A stretch of 64,000 nucleotides of DNA from Cycas panzhihuaensis (lineage: Eukaryota > Plantae > Cycadophyta), in the NCBI GenBank assembly GCA_023213395.1, contig CM041465.1, forward strand, positions 219,053,741 through 219,117,740, in the 5' to 3' direction. This document shows positions 38,192-49,300 of the stretch, piece after piece. A program made the translations under genes and the position numbers. Position 1 is the first letter of the stretch. Every line of letters starts with the position of its first letter. The notes beneath the pieces are model-generated. The model ran no database searches. It saw only the letters and a list, made by a program, of their open reading frames with translations, and was not told the origin of the DNA.

Positions 38192-38231
38192 TGAAAATGA
38201 ATCCATTTTCCATTCAATTTCCTTATATAGG
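38192..38231 (-). promoter_or_regulatory. TATA box + initiator-like element for the antisense gene of A
   Basis: Minus-strand CCTATATAAGG followed about 28 nt later by TTCATTTTCA, in a CpG-retaining region. Confidence 0.65.
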
Positions 38232-38756
38232 CGGGGGCCCCGACGGGCACTTCTTCCGTTTTTGACCTCGCGACAGCCGTTGGGACCGTCTCGGTTCCCT
38301 GATCGCCTTTGCCTTTTGGCCCTGTTGCCCGTTGTGCTCTATTGACGCCCTTTTTGCCCTCTCTTATAAGGGCATTTATGGCGCCCCATTATTGCACCTT
38401 TTCTAGGGCCCTTCTACCTCGTTTTACGTGCCACTCCCATGCATGCCTGAGTTTATACTCGTTTGGCTCATTTTGCCATCCTGGACTCATTCCTGCAACC
38501 CTTTTCTGCTCCTAGGGTCTCCAAAAGGAATGGTCCCTTGTCTGAGGGCATGTTTTGCTTCCTAAAGTAACCTTTGGTACTCTAGGGCGTGTTTTCTCTG
38601 CCCGCTCTCAGATGGTGGTTAGACTGCTTGCTCTCGTCCTTGGGTAACCTCATTGCTAGGTCCTCTTATCCTTCACGGCCACCTTTTTTTGCTTGCCTTT
38701 CGAGTATCTCCTTTGTTCCATCATTATTTATTTGCTACCAAGATTTTGTGTTGCTC

Positions 38757-39179
38757 ATGTCTCTCTATATATTTATCGACGACGGAAGCCGTGGTAACCC
38801 TGGGCTTTCTACCGCTGCTTGGATCCTTCGCAGCCCTTCCAGACATGATTTCCTATGTTCTGGCATCTTCATCCTCGAGGCAACTAATAACGGAGCCGAA
38901 TAAATGGTTATTATTGAAGCCCTTACCGATGCTCTTTGTTTCCATCATGGACCCATCGTGTTACTTTGCAATTCTTAGGTTGTGGTGTCCCATCTCACCT
39001 AGGTTTACCAGGTGCGATGCCCTCATCTGAGAACCCTCGCTTCAGCCGCCAGGTCTCTCTTAGCTCACTTTTCATCAGTTCATATCCAGCACATCCCTCG
39101 GGACCTTAATGCTGAGGTAGACAGCCTCGTCTGCCTTATCCTTGAGCGTCGCCTCCCTCTTCTTAGCGATTACCTTTGA
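38757..39179 (+). pseudogene. Stand-alone archaeal-type RNase HI (aRH) of element A, 140 codons
   Basis: MSLYIFIDDGSRGNPGLS...ATNNGAE*...CNS*VV...IQHIPRDLNAEVDSL, in a single frame with 3 internal stops. Confidence 0.92.
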
Positions 39180-39526
39180 GGCTTGCCTGGCCAGCCCATG
39201 CCCGAGTCTCTGGTTACCTTTAGTTTGATGTGCTTGTTCAGTTTGCTAGGTGCCCTCCTATCGCTCGTTGCACTTCGGCAATGGGGGCATCCCCTTCATT
39301 GGCTCTATTCACTTGCAGGTCAATGCTTAGACGATGCGTAGGCAGCCCCTATGTTGTCCTCATCTTCGTCTCCCTTGTCCACACGTTCTGCCACGACACT
39401 CGCTGACACCCTTGGTCCATATGCTGTTCGTGATTATTTTTATATATATGTATGCATGTGCTACTGATGTTTTTGGTTATCAGAATTCACCATCATATCA
39501 TGCTTCCGAGCGGTGAGGCTCTGCAG

Positions 39527-39538
39527 CCAAGGGGGCAG
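39527..39538 (+). promoter_or_regulatory. Polypurine tract of A
   Basis: CCAAGGGGGCAG directly before the 3' LTR. B has CCAAGGGAGCAG. Confidence 0.9.
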
Positions 39539-42115
39539 TGTTTCTCGACTACCAAGAATGGACTTGAGATGCATTGACTCAGGTAAGCTCAGGTATACGT
39601 TCTCAATTCTCTCTGCTCTTGCTTGACTGAGGTCATTTAGTACAGACTGCCTGATGTATGCTTGCCTGCTTGCATTGCCTCTTTGCTTAATCATATTGCA
39701 TGTGCTTACAGCACACTTTCAGCCTATGATGACTCACAATGGGGGCATTCCTCAGTGAATGTTACACCCCATATGGCGTACAGCCACTCACTTTGTCTCC
39801 ACAACCCCTCTGGATGCTTAAGCCAGTCATGTTCGCCCCTGCTATGACACCCTGCTCGTGTTGCAGTCTCTTCCAAGTCTGATTAAATCCTTGGTTGAGA
39901 CCTAGTTCACTTTCTTGGCTACTTGCCCATCACCTGGGCATTCCCCCCAGTTGTTCCAGTCTTAATTTACTCTTAATATTAACTCCAAACCCTTATTTCT
40001 GCTTATTTTTTCTTATTTTTTATTTCTAGTCTCGTACCATTGTAAACTTAGTGGTACCGCGATCTTTGCCATGGTACCACAAAGTTTATCGTGGGGTGAC
40101 TGTTTGAAATTATTTTTAAAAATCATGCGATAGTTTCTACTTTTTTCGCGGAACTGCCGCATGGCACCTATGCATTTGAGGCACCCTGAGATCCCCAACG
40201 TTCACCTGTAGTAGGCAGGGGATAAAACTAAACTTCCTCTTCATTTTCAAGGATTCTTAGTTCATTTTTACAAAAAACTCTACAAAAATCCTCCACAGAA
40301 AACTACTGCAAGACAAGACACACAGTTGCTGCTCTTGACCTGGGACCATTACTGTCCCTATTGCTTATGAATAGTAAGCTCTACATCTGTTTGCAGGTCT
40401 TCACAGCTTTAAGGAGGATATACTTCAAAGTCTCCCAAAAGGACAAGCTTCAAAGGCTCTCAACTCACAGGATCACTCTCACATTTGTCTCCTCTTCCAA
40501 ACTTGCCATCATATCTTACTGAATGCTGGCTTTTTCTTACTATTTTCCAGCAGGTTCATGCTTGATATCTTCACAACAAGGTACCTTCATGTTTACTTTG
40601 AAATGCATGCCATTTCTTTCCATGTTTTATGAGTAAATTCCTAGTTTATGTGCTTTTTTGGTTGCTATGCCTGTTTAGCACTATTTTCCTTGCTTGTTGC
40701 ACCATAGTGCTCTCCTACCATTCCTGCCAGCTTGCTTTTAGGTGGCTGTTGCAAGGGGATAACATAGAGGAAGTTAGAGAGAAGAAAGCGGGGCCAGTCC
40801 CCCTTGCTGCCCTTCTCCCCAAGGGTTCCGTCCCTTACTTTCTCTCCCTTTGCACCTTTGTGCCTTTCTAGAAGTCGGGTTAGGGAATTTGGAGGCTCAT
40901 TTTTTGATCTAAATCAGCGTTGGCAGCCCATTGCCATGTTGGTTTTAGATTTTCGTCCATTAGTTTTGGGCATCGTATAAGCCCCGAAACTGATTCTTAC
41001 CGGTTAACAGTTTACAACCCACCCAGTTAGATGATTTGCTGTCCGTAGCATCTCATTCTTTGGGGTGCTTGCATACCTCTTAGTTACCTTTTTCTTCCTC
41101 GTTGTTCGCTGCCCCATGTTCTTGCTGCTGGTTCGCTTTCCTTTCCTGAGGACAAGTGGAGACCATCTGTGGATGAGTTAGCCATTCCGAGGCTATACTC
41201 TTATTTAGGTGTCATTTGCAGTAACTATTTGTAGAAACTTTGTTGAATGTTGTTTCATTAGATAATAATGCATATGCTTAGCGTAGTTTGACTCTGTTTA
41301 CTCTAAGTTTAATATACATATTAGATCTATTTCGTAGCCCCTCTTCCGAGAGGGAGACACTTGCTTGTTTGCTTGGCAGGATCTCGCATCGGTGGAGTCG
41401 TGTGTGGAACAAACCCATTGCAGGTTAGTTCCATATTTGACACTTTTTGTCATTTTCCGTTATTTACTGTTCACATTTTGCACATATTGGGGGAGGTAAG
41501 CTAGCCCCTCTTCGGTCGTTCACGGCATCCATTGCCGACAGGTATCACATGTGCAACAAGTGCAGTGGGAAGGAGCGGGAAGCGAAGAGACTCGTAGTGC
41601 TCCATTCAGATGTCAGGTCTAGGTATTTTCCTTATCCTTGCATGTTTTCTTTATGGTGTTGTACTTTATGCACATGCTTGCATACTTAGAAACACATAAG
41701 AAACCAAAAGAGGAAAAGAAAATACTTTTGCTTTGCATATCTTTTATCTAGTGGTTAGTCTAGCATATTTAGATAGTTCATTTCATATTAGAACTACCCA
41801 CACCTTGCTCCTTTGGCCAGCCTACACCTAGATGCCACATTTTACATACATTCCCATTCTCGTTTTGCCTTCTCACTTACTTGAGAAGACGCAATGTGCC
41901 AGGTTCTCTACTCCTCTTCTCGGCCATCCAAGGGGTAGGAAGGCCTCACTTTCTAGAACTACCTAGAAGCAACTAGGCACCTCTGCAGCTCCTGAATTCA
42001 TGCTCCGGCGCACGGACACCCTGTGAGGTGAATCTTTGCTATTTAGCCCAACCTAGTCTTGCATGATCTATTCTCTTACTAAATATAGGGATACCACCCC
42101 GCGGACAGTGTTTCA
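39539..42115 (+). repeat. 3' LTR of element A (2577 bp)
   Basis: TGTTTCTC...GTTTCA; differs from the 5' LTR almost only by transitions. Confidence 0.97.
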
Positions 42116-42994
42116 CCTATCTATTTGGGGTTGATAGGAGGAGCTTATATAGAGAGATGTTCCTAATGTCTAAAAGAATTATTACTAAAATGAGCTCATT
42201 AATTTAGGAACTTTATCAGATACAATGATAGATAGGAAGTTTTAGAGATAAAAGATGAATTAGATATAGAGTTTAACCAAATAGGGGGATTTATATGTAG
42301 TGTGGACAGGGAGGAAATAATTGTATTTAGCTAGGTAATTAATGATGACCCAAATAGAGTCACACCTAACTAATAGTGGGAGTCCTATGATGAAGCCTAT
42401 GGTAATATCTTACCATTTACTCTAAGGGATTTTCAAGGGTTAAAGTAGGTCATGCTAGGCTTTGTTATGTACCTTGTTATATAGGCAAGTATCACATTCA
42501 AATATGTATATAAGGATAATAGATTTCATACAAGGCTAGTAAAAATCAGACCAAATATGATAATAGGTTTTGTTAAACCCTGAATAGCCTCCAAGGGGTA
42601 TGTTATGATATTTAGATAGGATGTAGTTAATAATTGGGGAGGTGGGTTATACAAATATATGGTTTTGATAAAGAAGAAAATTATTGTATACACTCTCATC
42701 TTTCCTATTTTGTACCTTATTAGCCTAAGTTGCAAAGTCAGGTTGGGCTTTATTAGTCTTGGCCAAGTCATAGAGCCAAGAAGGTTCAAGAATAGAGATG
42801 GCTTGGATGGTTAGTTTAGCCAGGAGTAAGGAAAGGGAATCCATAATAACATTGTTCTTTCCCTTTTTGTATCATATGGAAAAGTTAAAAACTTGTAATC
42901 AATCAACCCATTTGGCTTGTTCTTCTGACAAAATAGGTTGATCAAATAAGTAGTAGAGACTATGATGGTATGTTAAAATGGTAAACTTGGAGCA
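42116..42994 (-). mobile_element. Continuation of the host chromovirus (end of RH, INT zinc finger and core)
   Basis: LSEEQAKWVD*LQ..YKKGKNNV and EYHNIP..GYSGFNKTY. Joins 25706 across the TSD. Confidence 0.85.
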
Positions 42995-45900
42995 TGTTTC
43001 TCGACCACTAGGAATGGATTACGATAGGACCACATAGGTAAGGATAGGTATGCTCTTATCCCTCTCACCTTATTTACATTTTATTCATTGAGTTAAGTTG
43101 TGGTTGTGTAACTGCTTGACTACTTGGTTTGCTTGCTCATCCCTTTACCTGTGTGTGTATTCCATGCATATGATGACCAAGACTCCAGTCTAATGGCACC
43201 ATTAAGCTCCCATGGTTAATCCCCACTTGGCAATAGGTCCCTCATATGCCTTCGTAGCTTAATTTGGGTGATTCCCAACTCTTTTTATGCCTTCTTGTAG
43301 CATCTTCTCTCCTCTCATTGTGCCCCATCTATTCCTTCATCTGCCAAGGATAGCCTATTAAGGTTTCCGATGGAAAGATGCCCCTTGTTACTTATTTTGC
43401 ATAAGATTTGCCTACAAACTTCATCGATGTTAGTTGTTCAGACCTAATTTATACTCTAGCACCCTTGCGTACCATCATCCCATCGAGTGTTGGCTTACTT
43501 TGATGGTTTTCTTACATGTTTCTATTATTTTTTATCCTATAAAATAGCCCAAATTTGATATATCGACCTTTAGGGATGCGTTTTAGGGCTCCCAGTAATA
43601 TAACAGACATTGTTTTATTCATTTTAATTAATATTTATCAACTTTTATTAGAATTTATTGATATGCTATCACCCTGCTCCTTTTTTTATTTACACCACTC
43701 TAATTATTACATCCCACTAATATATTAGTTATACTGCTAATATATTAGCAGTGCTAGGAATCATTTCATAGTGTGACTATTATAAATTTAAATATGACTA
43801 GAAATGGTTAAAATCACATTTACTGTGAGCTTGACACAATCTTTGGCCTTGGGACAAGCCCGGATCAGGCCCTAATAGTCCCAAGACCTCACCTAAACCA
43901 TAAAAACCTTAATTCAAACTAATTTTCCCTCTTCTTGAACTCAATTTTTCTACTCAACATTATATTTTTTCTCTTAAAAAGAAAAACTCTCATCCTCTTG
44001 AGATCTACTTGCAATCTAAGCACAAAATGACACTTTAGTAAAGGCAAGTAAGAATAATCAGGCTCTACGACATTGTTAGATTAGCTTCAAGCTATCAAGT
44101 CACAAAGAAGAGTTTCTTTCTTCTCCAAAACATAGAAAATTTTCTCCAAAACTCTTGGTTTTCAAGCTAAGAACTCTCACTTATATCAATCTTTTCTTCA
44201 TCCAAAAAGGTAAGTGATTTTGTTATGGTTTTATTGCCTGACACTTGAGTTTTATTTTATTCTTTTGATTAATTACCGTGTTTCTCAATGATTTTTAGAT
44301 TTAGAAGCTCTTTTATGGTCATTAGAAGTAAATCTACAACAAATCATAGAGGCAACCCCTCTATCTATCACCAAACCTCTAATTTCATCCTCCAAATCTT
44401 TAGTTGTTGGTAAGGAGGGGATAGAAGTGGCTAGAGGAGATTATAAGAAGGACTTTGGGTTTGAGTTCTAGCTCTATAAGCCCCCTTCTACTAGGGTAAC
44501 CCCTCCTCAATACTAGTTAATATCTCTCTTCCTCATGCCTCAACTAGTGCATCACTTAGATGTGAAACTTGCAACTTTCTTCCTTGGTGATCTATCACCT
44601 TACCTCAACACTTGTTGTCCCTAAAAGACTATCATCCAATTGTGAGATTCCATTTGTCCATTTGGGGGAAACATAGATAGTAGTGGAGCTCGCTATTCTA
44701 AGGTAACACTCCCACTTCGTCCTAACCTTTGCCTCTCTTATTTGTTGCATGTTGTATGTTGCACTAGATAGTAGAATTATTGCTTAAGATCTTGTTCTAT
44801 TATTACACAACTAAATAAGTGTTCCAAATATCTTTATTAGTAAGTTGGAATGCATGTATAATTATTTGTTATTTGTAGAAGTTATTTGTTGTGTGATTTA
44901 GGTGGAGGTAAATCTGTCTGCAAATCAAGCGATTTTTGCTAGGAGGTAACATTACTTCTTATTTTGGTTTATGTTGCACTTTCGTTTTTGCTACTCTCTT
45001 TTTGTTTTGTTTATTCAAACTTGGGGAAGGTAAGGAAGCCCTGCCAAAATGTCACCATTAATACTTATGATAACAAAGAAAGTGAAGTTGCCAATGAAGA
45101 GGGTACATGGAGAGAGAGTTGTGCTACTTCATCAGCTGTCATGTATCTAGGTGCACTTTGTCCAACCTTTCCTCTCTTTGCTCCTTTCACCCCTCTGTTA
45201 CCCTTAAATAAAAATATATTGAAAGGAAAGTGTTCTATTTTGTTTCTTTTATGCACTTGCATATCACATAAAGAAGGAAAGCATAACACAAACTAAGCAC
45301 CCTTCCCCTTTTCTCCTAAATTAGAAGAAAAGTTTTGCATACTTCCTCTTTCCTCTCGGCCCTGCATATTGCATATTAAAAAGGTAAAAGGAAAGTATAC
45401 TTGATCCCTTCCTTACACTAATAGGAAACATTATTGCATCCCTCTTATTAGTTGCATTGAGAAAAGGAACTAGTTGCACGTATGTGGTTATTGCACTCTC
45501 TCTTCCCTTTCATCCCCTTAAATAATCCCTTGAGAGAAAAAGAAATGAGAGTGAGGGAGAGTAGCTAGGCTATTTCATTGCACTTGTTTACTTATTTCCA
45601 AAGCATCACAACAATCTTTGATTATAAATAAACCTACCTCACAATAAACAAACACACACAAACCTACCCTTCTTCTCTTTGCAACTAGGGGACAAATCTC
45701 CAAAAATGTAGTTGCTTCTATCATACTAAAGCAAAATAATAAACTAAATATACCCCAACTACCTTGGGCTCTTACCTATAACAATTGTCATCCCTTCTTC
45801 TCATTTCTAGAGTTCCTTTCTACAAGGAATTATTGCTCTTTTGTCTCCCCTCTAAAAGGAGATCCTTTTCACCCTCTTTCTCCCTAAGGGTGGGAGAGCC

Positions 45901-46132
45901 CTACCTTGGATACTCAGTAACCTAAGGATGTTTTTCCTACTTCCTTTATTTTGCATCAAGGAGACCCCTTGGAAGAGAGGTGGCCTATGCTTGGTTGTGG
46001 CTCTTCGAACCTACATTCTAACATGTGGATGCCCTTTAAGGGTATCTTGGCTACTTTTCTTCCCTCCCATTCATTATCTTATATAGCTAGTAGGATAGTC
46101 AAGACCTAGTAACCCCCAGAGGTGCACTTCCA
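42995..46132 (+). repeat. 5' LTR of element B (3138 bp)
   Basis: TGTTTCTCGACC...CTTCCA followed by PBS TGGCAACCATACTGGGG. The first 1.2 kb matches 58189-59412. Confidence 0.9.
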
Positions 46133-46133
46133 T

Positions 46134-46151
46134 TGGCAACCATACTGGGGT
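46134..46151 (+). promoter_or_regulatory. Primer binding site of B
   Basis: TGGCAACCATACTGGGGT, homologous to the PBS of A. Confidence 0.85.
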
Positions 46152-46394
46152 CCTGCCAGTAAGGGAAAGCAATTCCCCTTTTTTGTTAGTTCTAGCCTCC
46201 CTATTTTCCTTTATTTACCTCCTTGGTTCATTGGGTAACCCCCTAACATCTTCATTATTTCATTTCTCTTGTTTATTCTATGACCTTTAGCTGAGATATG
46301 AATGTGATATTTCTCTTATTTCTTGTGAGGTCTTCCCTCTATCTTGAAAGAACTTTCATATTCCTCCATCCCCTCATCTGATTCTAAATCGACA

Positions 46395-49300
46395 ATGGAG
46401 GGATATTTATCAAAGTGGTCATATCATGCCTACATCTTTGGAACCCAAGCCTAAACCTCAAGTTCCCTCCAAGATCCCACCTGAGAGGGTGAAGATCCCA
46501 TTTTTTATTTGGGTGACCAAGAGCACCTAGATTTTTACCTATTCTCCATGCGTGATATAGGTGCATCTACCTCCATGGAATACTATCACCCCAGTGAGAG
46601 TTCCTATGAGAACCAACCTGCGGGTCTTGCCTCGCACGAGGAGCCTTCCACCTCATATAAGAGGAAGGAACCCCTCCTATAGATATAATGGAGGTATTAA
46701 GGCAGTGCTTTGGAGCTGCAAGTGCCTAACCACCTATGAAGTAGCTAGATTCCCTCATTCATAGCATTGTGCTCTCCTCTTCTACACCTATGCCTTCTAT
46801 TTCATCTTAACCACTATCCATGGCCACGATAGATCCCACTCCTACTGTTTCTTCTTCTTTACAAGACCCCCATGTCTAAGGGGCTCCCTATGGCATACCC
46901 ATATCCCAAATCAGGTTGAGCATGTCCCTTCCAAACCAGATGACCATGCCTCAACCAACCATGGTCCATGCTCCTTTCACATGCCTGGGGGACCCTCACA
47001 TCCCTAATCCTTGGGCCATGTGGGACCCATTCCCATGCATCCCTATCCATAACTGATGGACTCTTCCATTTACATACCCCCAGGGTACATGTCCCAACCC
47101 AGGGGGCATGGAAAGGAAAACCCTCTCCCAGTTTATAGGGTGGATTCACTACACCCTTATGGGGTTACAACTCCCACAGGTGGCCTATATAGGCAAAACC
47201 CTATACCTCATCCCCTTTCCTCATCTTTGTGTTTAACTCCATACATGATACCTTCCCGAGGAGGATCTGTCCCTCCTCAAGACCCTTACTCTCATATGCC
47301 CTCTCAACAAGGGGTGTACCCTCAAGATAGAATGGGATCATATCACCTGTATCCCTCCTATCTAGCCTTCCCTCAAATGGGAATGGCTCCTTCCCACCAA
47401 GTAGATGGTAACCCTTATCCCTTATATTCCTAAACCCATCAAGGAGGAACTATGTATCCATATCCACCTTCTCCCATGCCTCCAGTTGACCCTTTAGCTT
47501 AACTCAAGGTTTATTCTTTCATTGATTATAGGTCAACCCTGCTATCAATTGAGATGCTCATGACTAACCTACTGCCTCACCCTGTTGACATTCCCAAGTT
47601 TGATGGTACCTCATTGTAAGACCCAACTAAGCATATCAAGAGTTTCTTCATGGCATGCATCGATTATTGGGCTTATGACCATATACTAATGAAATTATTT
47701 CCTCATTCTTTATATGGAGACGCCCTTAAATGGTTCTACTATCACCCTACCCATTCAATTCACTCCTTCCAATAGCTTGTGGATGAGTTCATCAACTACT
47801 TTGACATAGCTCATCCATTAGAGAGCAGGATTAAAGATCTGCTCTCCCTCAAACAAGGTCATGATAAAATGAGTTGTGACTTTGTTAGGCATTTTCATGA
47901 CCTCCTCCATTCCACAAAGGCATGTTACCTGAGGAATTAAAGAGGGATTTTTTATGAATGCCCTTAGACCCAAAGTTCATATCAAAGTCCTCAAAATAGG
48001 GGAAATGTTGTGTGAGTTTGCCATAGTAAAATGCTCGGTGCTTGAAGCTATTTAGATCTAAACAGGTCTCAAGAAGCCTCTTAGGTCATCGCAACAACGT
48101 GAGGCACCCCCTCTGTCATGTGACCAATGACTCCAATAATCTGCAAGGCCCCCCACCCATATAATGGATAGAACCTTGGGTTCTTTAACCTCTACCATAC
48201 ATTCATTTGAATGTACAGTGGAGTTGAATCTCTAACCCTCCCAGTTACCTTTGGATTCATGTAGGCCTATTCATCAGGCATCCCAAGATACACCACCTAA
48301 AGGTGGAAACACCCAAACCTCTCAGGTAAGGAGGGAAAACCTTCCCCTTAGAAGAAATGGTACTCCATCTATGGTAAGTGTCTTCATGAAGATTCACAAT
48401 GTTGGGTGCAACACCTTGAGCTAGCCCCACAACATGATTCTTCCTATAAATAGGTGTTTAAGCCTAATTTAGACATGGGGAACATGATTAATCCACTCAA
48501 AATAGAGGGACAAGGAATAAGGGATGATCCCCTAACCCCACTCCCAAGCAAACAAAGGGAAAGAAGGCAAGGGATTTATCTTCCCTTCCTAGCTCCCATC
48601 CCTAATTTTCCTTATCTTCTCAACCCCAAAACAAGGGGAAGAGAATCATTCAGATTCTTCAAGACTACCCCTTTGTGCCTAATCACAAGGTCTCAAGTGA
48701 CTAAGGAGGTCGTTGGGACCTCTGTCTCCCAACAAAACCCTCCAGTATATAATCCATCCCCTGAGATCCCCGTGATCTCCAAGACCATTCCCATTCACTG
48801 TGGGCACTATGACTTTCAAAGGGTGCTTTCCCAACCTACTGGGAAAGGGAAGTTATTCTTTATAGTTAATGAGCTTCATATCATAGCTATAGGAATGTCC
48901 ATGATGGATGTCTTGTAGAGTTAACCTAAGCACCATACCCTTCTTCTGAAGCTTTGGGTCAAATTGATGCTCCTATCTATGCTTTGAGTATTACCCTAAA
49001 CTAGGAGCCCCTCATCACATTTGACCTTAAGGATCTCCCATTTGTGAGTGAGAGGAAGTGCCAATGGCACTACCCCTTTACCATTTCCATTGACACTCTT
49101 GAGTATACTTTTAGAAGGATGGTTGTAGACAATGGTTCTTTTGTTAATGCTATGCCTTTACACATAATACAAGACTTGGATATAGTGACCCTAAAATCAG
49201 TCTTATGGCAATGTCAAGGCTATGACAGTAGTGAGAAGATGCCCTTGGGATATTCCATCCCTTTTACCCTTGAGGATAAAACTATCCTCATTGATATAGT

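Larger units (their letters stand above)
25707..42115 (+). mobile_element. Full-length Tat-type Ty3/Gypsy LTR retrotransposon 'A' (16.4 kb)
   Basis: Paired TG..CA LTRs, PBS, PPT and gag-PR-RT-RH-INT. TSD TCTAT (25702-25706) / CCTAT (42116-42120). Removing the element restores the host integrase motif SSYQPQIDRQSKILNK. Confidence 0.97.

Noticed and set aside
35620-39179. PMD and RNase H as host genes or a one-off capture
   Set aside because: Both lie between the LTRs and recur in three diverged families, so they are stable element components.
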